Below the pieces are notes generated by a model that saw nothing but the letters and a program-made list of their open reading frames with translations, ran no database searches and was not told the DNA's origin. Positions 35,536-43,544 of a stretch of 64,000 bases of DNA are shown here, one piece after another. Origin of the DNA: Polyangiales bacterium (GTDB lineage: Bacteria > Myxococcota_A > Polyangia > Polyangiales > CBDCBC01); contig OZ243942.1 in the NCBI GenBank assembly GCA_965214225.1, positions 2,583,779 through 2,647,778 on the forward strand, read 5' to 3'. Each line of letters opens with the position of its first letter. Position 1 is the first letter of the stretch. The translations under genes and the position numbers were made by a program.

Positions 35536-36046
35536 CGCGTTCCAGCTGCTTTTGTAGAGCAGCCGAGAAGGCGGGTAGGTCATCAGGCTTTCGCGAGGTG
35601 ATGAGATGTCCGTCCTCGCAGACATCCTGGTCAACGACTACAGCTCCAGCATTTCGAAGGTCGGTTCTCACGGAGGGCCAACTGGTGACGGTGCGTCCCC
35701 GTGTTATGTCCGCTTCGATCAGAAGTTGGGGGCCGTGACAGATAGCGGCGAGAGGTCGCTTTAGTTTATCAAACCGCCGCACGAAGTCGACCGCATGCTG
35801 GTCTATTCGCAGGTGGTCGGGTGAGTAGCCGCCCGGGATCAACAGAGCGTCGAAGTCTTCTGGCTTCCGCGAGCTGATCTCCGCGTCGGCGTCGACCTTC
35901 ACATTGCCGCGTTTTCCGGTGAGGGATTCGCTTCGGCTGGTAGCCAGTACCTCAACCTGATGCCCGTCCCGTTTTAGGGCTTCCACCGGTTGCTGATATT
36001 CTGAGTCCTCAAAGTCTTCCGCCAGTAACACTGCTATTTTCGCCAT
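35525..36046 (-). CDS. DJ-1/PfpI family protein (YhbO/general-stress-protein-18-like)
   Basis: 173-aa ORF with the nucleophile elbow AAICHGPQLL and a family-typical N-terminus (KIAVLLAEDFEDSEY). Confidence 0.9.
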   Translation of the reverse strand: MAKIAVLLAEDFEDSEYQQPVEALKRDGHQVEVLATSRSESLTGKRGNVKVDADAEISSRKPEDFDALLIPGGYSPDHLRIDQHAVDFVRRFDKLKRPLAAICHGPQLLIEADITRGRTVTSWPSVRTDLRNAGAVVVDQDVCEDGHLITSRKPDDLPAFSAALQKQLERAAR

Positions 36047-36105
36047 CTGAAATCTCCTGAGTCAGTTGTTAGGTATCCGGTCTCCGTTAAGTGAGAGTTG
36101 GGGTT

Positions 36106-36360
36106 TTAGGGAACCTGGTTGGGGGTTTTAGGGAACCTGGTTGGACTATCGGGGATATCGGGCTGGTCGATCCCAGGCTTTGGCTCGTCATTGGGACGAA
36201 TGTCGGGACCAGGATTAGGTTTAGGTGTTGGAACCTCAGGTTCCGGCGCCTGCTTGCCAGGCGAGCCTGGGACATCCACCCCCGGCACCTCTGCTCCGCC
36301 GTTGTACTCCTGTCGAATGCGCTGCAACATGTCCTCCTCCTTCACGATGAGCGTGCGCAT
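36106..36360 (-). CDS. Proline-rich small protein (84 aa), translationally coupled to the upstream membrane protein
   Basis: Its ATG shares one nt with the upstream TGA (TGATG at 36358-36362). The 3' end lies in a 21/22-bp tandem duplication (36097-36139). There is no homology support. Confidence 0.4.
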   Translation of the reverse strand: MRTLIVKEEDMLQRIRQEYNGGAEVPGVDVPGSPGKQAPEPEVPTPKPNPGPDIRPNDEPKPGIDQPDIPDSPTRFPKTPNQVP

Positions 36361-37043
36361 CAGCGTCTTGCGTCAGCGTGGCTAAGCCCAGGGCTCCCGT
36401 TTTCGCCATCACGTTGAAGACGTCGAAGTTCCCCGCCATCAAACACACGCTTGAGAGCGAAGCCGAGAACTAGAGCGTCTGGAATGTACAGCAAACCAAG
36501 AATGCTTGTGCCCATCGTGCGAATCATCAGTGCGTGGACGACCAGCGTCAACACGCTCATCATTCCGCCAATCCACGCGCAAGACGCCAGGGCGCTACTC
36601 TTGCGTCGAAGTAACAGCGCTGTCGCCGTTCCGCCCCACAGCATGATGAGGAGCGCTGAAGTAACGCGGCTGTGCGTCGCGGTAATGCCTGGCCAAGGGA
36701 GGAAGAGCCGTGCTGCCTCGGTAAGAGCACTTAGGAGAAGCACCACCACCGCAAGCATCACGTACGTGCGTGTCTCATGACCTCGCTTATGGTCCGTGTC
36801 CATTGTGGGCGCCACAGCACTACCGTAGATGCGTCCGTAGTGTGCTTCTTCTCCGGCAAGGGTCGACTCTGATGCTGCCGCCGCTCCAGGCGCACTCACC
36901 GATGTTCGCCCTTGAGTGTGTGCATCCTCCGCTTCAGTGTGAGGGTACGAGAGGTGCTTCAGCGGCGTTCCATCCCGTCGTTCGTCTCTTTCCATCATGA
37001 GGTTGGGATAAGCCCCTAGGATTGAGCTGCAAGAGAGTGCCAC
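36360..37043 (-). CDS. Hypothetical four-TM membrane protein
   Basis: 227-aa ORF with four hydrophobic helices in the C-terminal 140 aa. The start is uncertain because the N-terminal ~80 aa are hydrophilic. Confidence 0.55.
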   Translation of the reverse strand: MALSCSSILGAYPNLMMERDERRDGTPLKHLSYPHTEAEDAHTQGRTSVSAPGAAAASESTLAGEEAHYGRIYGSAVAPTMDTDHKRGHETRTYVMLAVVVLLLSALTEAARLFLPWPGITATHSRVTSALLIMLWGGTATALLLRRKSSALASCAWIGGMMSVLTLVVHALMIRTMGTSILGLLYIPDALVLGFALKRVFDGGELRRLQRDGENGSPGLSHADARR

Positions 37044-37050
37044 GCACTTC

Positions 37051-37154
37051 CATTAGTTCAAATGAGCACATGAGTTCAGATGAGCGCATGAGTTCAGATG
37101 AGCGCATGAGTTCAGATGAGCGCATGAGTTCAGATGAGCGCATGAGTTCAAATG
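37051..37154. repeat. 18-bp tandem array x5.8 (CATGAGTTCAGATGAGCG)
   Basis: Four perfect units (37069-37140) flanked by a diverged unit and a partial unit. It begins 8 nt upstream of the longest start of the membrane protein gene. Confidence 0.95.
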
Positions 37155-37423
37155 TATACGTTCAGGTATCCTAGCATGCGGTTTTGGTGGCTTTCTACTG
37201 CCCGAAGGGTTACCTGAACGCTTGCGTTCAAGTGAGCACGTTGGTTCAAGTGAGCGTCTCCCGACTGCTCGCCGCCGCTGTGGCATGCTCGCGCCATCGC
37301 GGCAAGCTGCCACAGGGTGGCGAAACCATCACGCGCCTACGCCAGCCGCTGATCCTGTAGTAGCGTGCCAAAATCTGGTAGTAGCGCGGCAAAGGCTGGC
37401 ATGTTAGGTGTCTCTGGTTTGTC

Positions 37424-37452
37424 TTCTAAATTGCCTCAAAGTTTGGTATAGT
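37424..37452 (+). promoter_or_regulatory. Candidate sigma-70-type promoter with extended -10
   Basis: TTCTAA-N17-TATAGT, where the last spacer bases give TGgTATAGT. It is a locally AT-rich patch in GC-rich DNA, about 255 nt upstream of the SDR gene. Confidence 0.3.
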
Positions 37453-37706
37453 CCTTGCGGATACCGTGTAGTGCGAGGGCGCACGGTGCCCGATAGGAGC
37501 GCGATATGCCACGGTCAGACGGATTCTTCAGCGAATGGTTTTTGTTCGGAGCGGGAACGGGTGCCAAGTTTAGAAAGCCTTCCGTACGCAGCCCCAGGGG
37601 CGCAGCGGCACGGCAGCCGGTGCAACGTTCCGCAGCTGCTAAACAGCAGCATGTTTTGCAGGAGGAAGACCGTCATGAGGATGGGAAACAGGAGGAGTAG
37701 GCCATT

Positions 37707-38591
37707 ATGAGCAATGAGCACGTACCCAACAGACGCCCCGAACCCCCTTTTCCAGCTCAACATATGGGTCCTCCCGGACTCGAGGGCGAGATGAGCCCGG
37801 CGCCGAAGTTCCGCGCACCGGCGTACTCCGCTGCTGGTAAGCTAGAGGGCAAGAGAGCTCTCGTTACAGGTGGCGACTCCGGCATCGGACGCGCAGTGGC
37901 GTATTTATTCGCGCGTGAGGGTGCGGATGTGGCAGTCACTCACCTCCCAGCCGAGGAGGAAGATGCGGTGACGACGGCCCGCGCGGTTGAGGAAGAAGGA
38001 AGGCAATCGCTAATCCTAAGTTGCGACGTGACCGAGCCGGGGGCGTGCGAGCGTGCTGTCGAGCAGACGGTAACTAAGCTTGGGGGGCTCGATATCCTTG
38101 TAAATAATGCCGCCTTCCAAAACCACGTTGAGTCGATTGCTAACCTATCCTTCGACCAATGGGAGCATACCTTCCGCACCAACATCCACGGCTACTTTCT
38201 CATGGCTAAAGCGGCTCTCACACACTTGCCTCGCGGGGGATGTATTATCAACACGGGATCAATCACCGGGTTGGAGGGGAGCAAAGGCTTGCTCGACTAT
38301 TCGGCAACTAAGGGGGCGATCCACGCATTTACGAAGTCGCTGGCGCAACAACTGGTTGAGCGCGGTATTCGGGTAAACTGTGTCGCACCGGGTCCGGTGT
38401 GGACACCGCTAAACCCGGCCGAGCGCGATGCGGAAGCCATGCAATCTTTTGGTTCCTCAGTGCCGATGGAACGGCCGGCCCAACCCGAGGAGATAGCGCC
38501 GGCCTACGTTTTTTTCGCTTCCAACGCCGACTCAAGCTACGTCACAGGAGAGGTGATGGCACAGCTTGGCGGCTCGACGCGCGCCGGCTAG
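37707..38591 (+). CDS. SDR-family oxidoreductase, YdaD/YghA (general stress protein 39)-like
   Basis: 294-aa ORF with motifs ALVTGGDSGIGRAVA, NNAA and YSATKGA. AGGAGG lies upstream. Confidence 0.9.
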   Translation: MSNEHVPNRRPEPPFPAQHMGPPGLEGEMSPAPKFRAPAYSAAGKLEGKRALVTGGDSGIGRAVAYLFAREGADVAVTHLPAEEEDAVTTARAVEEEGRQSLILSCDVTEPGACERAVEQTVTKLGGLDILVNNAAFQNHVESIANLSFDQWEHTFRTNIHGYFLMAKAALTHLPRGGCIINTGSITGLEGSKGLLDYSATKGAIHAFTKSLAQQLVERGIRVNCVAPGPVWTPLNPAERDAEAMQSFGSSVPMERPAQPEEIAPAYVFFASNADSSYVTGEVMAQLGGSTRAG

Positions 38592-39325
38592 TGTGACGAC
38601 GAGCGGCTAGGTGCCGCGCGCCACAGCCTCGTCGTCGACCTCGGGACCGCTCGAGGCAGCACGCGAAACAACACTCGAAACAACACTCGAAGCAGCAGAG
38701 TGCGCCACGCGACCACTACACCTCCCGTGGCGTGCCGCGAATCGCCTGCCGGTTTGGAACCACGGGCGCAATAGACGCAGATGCGGTGGCAGGCAAGCCG
38801 CATGGCGCGTGCCGATGGTCACGTGCAGGCCTTGGCTCATTTGGCGACGAGCTTATTTGACGACGAGCTCAGTAGACGACAACCCGCTTTGTATGCTGAA
38901 CATTCCTCCGACCGCATGGCGAATGAACTCGCCGATACGAATCCTTCGGGCCTTGGGATGACCAATGACTCTCTACCGATGAAGGCGAGGAGGTCTTCAG
39001 ATGCTCGGGTTTGGTTTCCGCGCCCAGGTGTCCACCTGCGTCGGGAGGTGGTGCATCCTCGGTTGCTCCGGGAGCGGCAGGCTCCGCATGCCCCGTGTGC
39101 CCCCCGCCATATTCAGCCTCTGCGTTCTGTTTTGTAGAAGACATTGCAAGCACAGCCAGCGCCAATATGACTAAAGCGCCGACAGCCAGTGTAATCCATA
39201 AACCCATTGTTCGTCTCTCCCTGATTAACATGAAGCGGCGACCGCGCCTCTCTCAGGTCGCGGCCGCCGGTGTTGTTACACAACGCTACGATAATGTTCT
39301 CGTTCACTGCCTCCGCAGCATTGTG

Positions 39326-39479
39326 GTTGCGGCACTGTGGTTGCGGCACTGTGTTTGCGGCACCGTGTTTGCGGCACCGTGTTTGCGGCACTGTATTTCC
39401 GGCACTGTATTTCCGGCACTGTATTTCCGGCACAGTGTCTACAGCACAGTGTCTACAGCACAGTGTCTACAGCACAGTG
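39326..39479. repeat. 14-bp tandem array x11 with stepwise sequence gradient
   Basis: Units in order: GTTGCGGCACTGTG x2, TTTGCGGCACCGTG x2, TTTGCGGCACTGTA x1, TTTCCGGCACTGTA x2, TTTCCGGCACAGTG x1, TCTACAGCACAGTG x3. A diverged unit follows. Confidence 0.95.
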
Positions 39480-39524
39480 TCCGCAGTACCCTAGATGCAG
39501 CACTGTATCCGTAGCTCTTGCCGG

Positions 39525-40031
39525 CTAACTAGCGGCCTGACGGTTGACGCTTGTCGTGGCAATGTGCGTCAGCTTATCGTCCGCTGCCTTCTCCTCAGAC
39601 AGGGTCTGCTCGAGCAGTTGCTCGACCTCACGCAACCCCAGGAGTCCAGCGAAGGTTTTCGCTGATCCATAGCCCGCCATCTCGTAGTGCTCGACGCGCT
39701 GCGCGGCTGCGATAAGAGCAGCGTCTTTGACATCTGCGTCGCCCTTCATTTTGATGATTTCTTCCCCCTCCGTTACAAGGCCCTTCATGGCGTTGCACGT
39801 TTCGCTTCCCGTGCTCTCTCCTAGGAGCTTGAACGCCTGCTCGAGGCGGGTGATCTGCTGCTCAGTCTCTTGAAGGTGTGAGGCAAAAGCTTGCTTTAGA
39901 TGCGAAGCTTGTGCCGCTTCTTGCATCTTTGGCAACGCCTTCGTTATCTGCTTTTCAGCGTTATAGAGGTCCTGCATCTCGTGGACCAACAGTTCCTTCA
40001 TCGACTCTAGTTTCAGTGCACCTAGTCTCAT
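39525..40031 (-). CDS. YciE/YciF-like ferritin-fold protein (DUF892)
   Basis: Start moved to ATG 40031 (AAGGAGG upstream). Motifs LLVHEMQDLYNAEKQITKALPKM and VEHYEMAGYG are typical of DUF892. Confidence 0.85.
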   Translation of the reverse strand: MRLGALKLESMKELLVHEMQDLYNAEKQITKALPKMQEAAQASHLKQAFASHLQETEQQITRLEQAFKLLGESTGSETCNAMKGLVTEGEEIIKMKGDADVKDAALIAAAQRVEHYEMAGYGSAKTFAGLLGLREVEQLLEQTLSEEKAADDKLTHIATTSVNRQAAS

Positions 40032-40053
40032 CTTTTCCTCCTTGGTTGGTACC

Positions 40054-40086
40054 GAAACCACCTCGTCAACGTGGCGAGGTGGTTTC
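40054..40086 (-). terminator. Perfect 12-bp-stem hairpin between the lipoprotein gene and the yciE-like gene
   Basis: GAAACCACCTCG-(9 nt)-CGAGGTGGTTTC. It starts 8 nt after the lipoprotein stop and ends 22 nt before the yciE-like start. No U-tract follows, so it could be a terminator, an attenuator or an RNA-stability element. Confidence 0.45.
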
Positions 40087-40093
40087 TATCAAC

Positions 40094-40738
40094 TTAATCT
40101 TCCTCGACCTCTATCTGGTAGATGATGTCGGACACAGCTGGGCAACCTTCCACGAGCGTTGCACAACTAGTAGGCGTCAGCTCAGCTTCAACCGCTTCCA
40201 GGTCGGAGTTGCACGAGGCGGACTGCGCATATCCCTCAAAGGCGCCTACAAACTCTTGAAAGCATGCTTGCAGCTCACCCACGGTCGCTTCAGTGCACGA
40301 GGCGGTAGCCTGGCGGAAGGTCGCGCTGAAGTCATCGTCGTCGCAGTTAGGAGCCTCAACAACCACCTCTCTGATGTTGCCTTGACTAACGTCGGCATCT
40401 TCGCCCTCTTCTCCGCTGACCTCGTCAATCACATCGCCAGCCTCGTCAGCTACGTCTTGGTCTAGACAGTCCCGCACCGTTTCCGCACACGTTCCTTCTT
40501 CTCGCTGCTCTACGACTAAGCCAGCGATGTAGCAGTTCGCTTTCTCGGCTTCCTCGTCGTCGATAATAGCGAAGTCGTCCGACAGAAGCGCACATACTCC
40601 GTCCACGTCGTCATCGGTTAAGGTCGAGAGCTGCTGATCATAGTCGAGCTCGGCTTCATCGTCAGAGCATGCCGTCAACGAGGCAAGTGTGAGGGCTGCA
40701 AATGCAGCATAAGTTGTACTCAAGATTCTCATATTCAC
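40094..40738 (-). CDS. Highly acidic cysteine-rich lipoprotein
   Basis: Signal plus lipobox AALTLASLTAC. Ten further cysteines and many Asp/Glu runs. No recognised family. Confidence 0.7.
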   Translation of the reverse strand: MNMRILSTTYAAFAALTLASLTACSDDEAELDYDQQLSTLTDDDVDGVCALLSDDFAIIDDEEAEKANCYIAGLVVEQREEGTCAETVRDCLDQDVADEAGDVIDEVSGEEGEDADVSQGNIREVVVEAPNCDDDDFSATFRQATASCTEATVGELQACFQEFVGAFEGYAQSASCNSDLEAVEAELTPTSCATLVEGCPAVSDIIYQIEVEED

Positions 40739-40993
40739 TCCTTTGCGCTTGAGCTAGGCTCGAGCTGGTTGGTCGCCCGGTGGGGCGTCAAACGATGCCG
40801 CACCACCACTGCCAATCCGCTGTGAGCGATAACCGTGCCATCGACTCGCTCGACGGCAGGAGGCATTAAGGTGAGTCGTAAAAGCCCATTCCAAGCGGTC
40901 CGAGCTTCGGTAGCCGGAAGGGCTCTACCGATGAGCAGTTTGCCGAGCGTGCGTCGCACAATGGTACAATGAGGCGAGTTGCCACACGTCTCT

Positions 40994-41065
40994 GCTGTAG
41001 AAGCATGCGCGGCTGTAGAAGCATGCACGGCTGTAGAAGCATGCACGGCTGTAGAAGCAGGCACA
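40994..41065. repeat. 18-bp tandem array x4 (GCTGTAGAAGCATGCRCG)
   Basis: Three near-perfect units plus one diverged unit, in the divergent region between the starts at 40738 (-) and 41292 (+). Confidence 0.9.
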
Positions 41066-41125
41066 CCACTGCTCGCGCTCCTGCGGGATGCTGATGCTGC
41101 AACGGCGGTTGGTTACTATCGTCGG

Positions 41126-41182
41126 CCGCCATCTTGCGCATCAACCGCCATCTTGCGCATCAACCGCCCTCTTGTGCATCAA
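41126..41182. repeat. 19-bp tandem array x3 (CCGCCATCTTGCGCATCAA)
   Basis: Two perfect units plus one unit with 2 mismatches, 60 bp from the previous array. Confidence 0.9.
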
Positions 41183-41291
41183 TAGGCCGAGGGCGCCAAT
41201 CTAAGAGGCTGAGCACTGATGCAGCACTTGCAAACGAGCGGCTGCAGTTTCTAGTACTTGACGCGTCCCTAAGAGGCCTTAGGTAGTTGCG

Positions 41292-41708
41292 ATGTCGCGC
41301 AGGCCAGAGACAGTGCAAGCCGGTACCCGGGGACCGGGCTACCTCCGAGCAAAGGGCCATCGTGTGGCCTTCATCCCATCTGCCAAAGAGGTCGAGGTGA
41401 CAGTGGAGGGCACGTGTGTCGCACGAAGCCGGGATGTGGTTACGGTCGAGGAGGCAGGCTACCCAGCGAGATGGTACGTAGCGCTTGAAGATGTCGACAT
41501 GGCAAAGCTCGTGCTGGAGGAAGCTCAACAAACCTTTTGTCCATTCAAGGGTCTGGCCCGCTACTACGGGTTCAGGGCACCTGATGGAGCCACGGTTTCA
41601 CGGGTGGCGTGGGAGTACAGTCAGCCCTATAAGGAGGCGGAGACACTTCGTGACCGACTCGCCTTTGATGAGTCCTCTGCAAATGTTCGGGTTGAGCAGG
41701 TCGACTAG
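41292..41708 (+). CDS. DUF427 domain protein
   Basis: 138-aa ORF with FCPFKGLARYYGF and AWEYSQPYKEAETLRDRLAF, typical of DUF427. Confidence 0.8.
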   Translation: MSRRPETVQAGTRGPGYLRAKGHRVAFIPSAKEVEVTVEGTCVARSRDVVTVEEAGYPARWYVALEDVDMAKLVLEEAQQTFCPFKGLARYYGFRAPDGATVSRVAWEYSQPYKEAETLRDRLAFDESSANVRVEQVD

Positions 41709-41767
41709 CCGGTGAGGTACGCTTCCGCGCTGTCGGCAACGCTGCGGGTAACCGAGGGCGCACTCGG

Positions 41768-41900
41768 TGTAACTGTTCCTTGGTTCGCGGCCAGAAAGGC
41801 ACGCTTGCCACGGAGGTTGTGCATTCGGCTCCCTTCGTTGAATCCACAGTTTAATACACAGCTGAATGCACAACCTCCTCACCAGGAGCTGACCCGATAC
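41768..41900. mobile_element. MITE-like element, family C, short copy (about 133 bp)
   Basis: Both arms match the 32380-32610 element, including the inner IR GGAGGTTGTGCATTCG versus its reverse complement GGAGGTTGTGCATTCA. It lacks about 100 bp of the core. Flanking CACTCG is duplicated (41761-41766 and 41901-41906). Confidence 0.5.
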
Positions 41901-42044
41901 CACTCGAGATTTGCCGCTCCGAAGTAGACCTTTCGAGTTGACGCCGATGCGTTTGATCTGAAGCCGCTCCATTGGCGCAGTCAGCCGCTTCTCCTGCTCG
42001 GTCTGCGACGCCATCGGCCGAAGCCCGCGCGGGCTGCTGCACGG

Positions 42045-43544
42045 CTAGCCGGTTGCTGTGACGCGCTCCCACTCTGCTCGAGCGATGAGCGTCTCGTACA
42101 CAGCGCTCAGCAGGGAGGCATGAGCTTGAGCTAGCGCAGCTTGCGCTTCGATCACGTCGAATGAAGTATTCACACTTACCTCGTAGCGGCTCTGCTCAAT
42201 GCGGAAGTTTTCCTCGGCTTGCTCGTACGCCACTTTTGCTTCAGCTATTCGCGCTTGGGCCGTCTTGAAGTTGATGAGCGCCGTCTGAATCTCCAGTCCA
42301 AGTTGGTCCTTGAGAAGCTCCGTCTGCGCCTTGGCCGCCACGCGAGTGGCTTCGGCCTCATCAATAGCTCGGTAGTTAGTGCCCCAGTTCCAAAGGTCCC
42401 AACTTCCCTGCAAACCGACGTACGCTGCCCAGTCCGGCTGTCCGAATGGATAGCCATAGTTCCTTTGGTATGCCCCTACCAGATCCACCTGAGGGTACAG
42501 CCGAGACTTCGCGATACTCACAGCGGCTCCCGCTTGCGCTTCCGCACTCTGACTCTCTTGCACCTCGCTCCGACGCCTTAAGGCCGCACCGGAGAGCTGC
42601 TGTGATGCTTGGTGCCCAGGTAGCTCCGACGTGAGGTCCGCGGTTTGAATCAGTTCATCGACCGGTACACGTTGCGGCCGAATCGGGTACCCAGGGTCCA
42701 GTCCTATCAGTTGCGCCAAACGTGCTTGCTCGATTGCTACTTGGCCCTCGCTTGCGAGCAGCCCTTGTTTTGCTGACGCCAGCGCCACCTGAGCACGCAG
42801 AACCTCATTCTTTGTCGTAGCGCCTCGAGCGAGAAAGCTTCTTGAGCGGCTGACCTGAGCGTCGAGCTGCTCCACCGAGAGCTTTGCTACTTCCACCAGC
42901 TCCATTCCCTCAAGAAGTCGGTAGTAAGAGGACGTGATCTCGAACTTCAGGTTGCGCGCTGAGGTGATGTACTGCGCCTTCGCACTTTGGAGTCCTGCCT
43001 TCTGTTGCTTCACATTGCGACGAATCGCAAAGAGACCAATGAGCGGTTGAGTCAGCGAGACACTTCCGTTGCCCGTCAGCTTCTCTCTTGCGACCACCGC
43101 AGGTAGCTCGTCGCTGTTGTCGGTTCCCGGAGGTTGAAAAGATGGAGCGAACTCGTCGTGCCAGCGCTGCACAAGGCCTTCTACGCGAAGTACAGGGCCG
43201 TACGCACCCTTCGCGCCCCTAACCGCCATGTCACGCGCCTGCACGTTCGCGCGGTACGCGCGCAACTGCGGACTGCGTTTGGAGGCAATTTCAAGGCAGC
43301 TGTCGAGTGATAGGGCTTGCCCTGCCTCGCTGCGTCCCATCCGTGGTGCCTGTGGGGGTGGAGTCGGGACCGGACGCGCGGTCTGCTTCTCTCGTTCTTC
43401 CGCGGCGCCCATCGGGCCGGTCTGCGCAGTCGCCGGCGCTGCCACGTGTAGGACCAGCATCAAGATTGCTGCGACGAGCTTCGGCGCGCCAGCTCCAGCC
43501 CCAGCCCCAGCCCCAGCCGAGCTCTTGTCCCACGATGAGGTCAT
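42045..43544 (-). CDS. TolC-family outer membrane efflux protein
   Basis: 499-aa ORF with a signal peptide and two TolC-type repeat halves. ATGA overlap with the RND gene stop. Confidence 0.9.
   Translation of the reverse strand: MTSSWDKSSAGAGAGAGAGAPKLVAAILMLVLHVAAPATAQTGPMGAAEEREKQTARPVPTPPPQAPRMGRSEAGQALSLDSCLEIASKRSPQLRAYRANVQARDMAVRGAKGAYGPVLRVEGLVQRWHDEFAPSFQPPGTDNSDELPAVVAREKLTGNGSVSLTQPLIGLFAIRRNVKQQKAGLQSAKAQYITSARNLKFEITSSYYRLLEGMELVEVAKLSVEQLDAQVSRSRSFLARGATTKNEVLRAQVALASAKQGLLASEGQVAIEQARLAQLIGLDPGYPIRPQRVPVDELIQTADLTSELPGHQASQQLSGAALRRRSEVQESQSAEAQAGAAVSIAKSRLYPQVDLVGAYQRNYGYPFGQPDWAAYVGLQGSWDLWNWGTNYRAIDEAEATRVAAKAQTELLKDQLGLEIQTALINFKTAQARIAEAKVAYEQAEENFRIEQSRYEVSVNTSFDVIEAQAALAQAHASLLSAVYETLIARAEWERVTATG

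Noticed and set aside
37028-37042. Sigma-54 promoter-like TGGCAC-TCTC-TTGCA on the minus strand.
   Set aside because: The GG-to-GC spacing is one nt too short for the strict -24/-12 geometry. It also lies inside the longest version of the membrane-protein ORF.
38588-39137. Overlapping ORFs on both strands after the SDR gene (38588..38803, 38607..38840, 38611..38961, 38781..39137).
   Set aside because: They are mutually exclusive and low-complexity, with no RBS or motif support. The region also contains a 12-bp x2 duplication (CGAAACAACACT).
38869-39231. 120-aa minus-strand ORF (possible start at ATG 39207 with a GGAGAG RBS; N-terminal TM helix MGLWITLAVGALVILALAVLA).
   Set aside because: The N-terminal helix is plausible, but the C-terminal two thirds look non-coding (His/Arg/Ser-rich) and there is no homology support. 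Confidence is too low to list as a feature.
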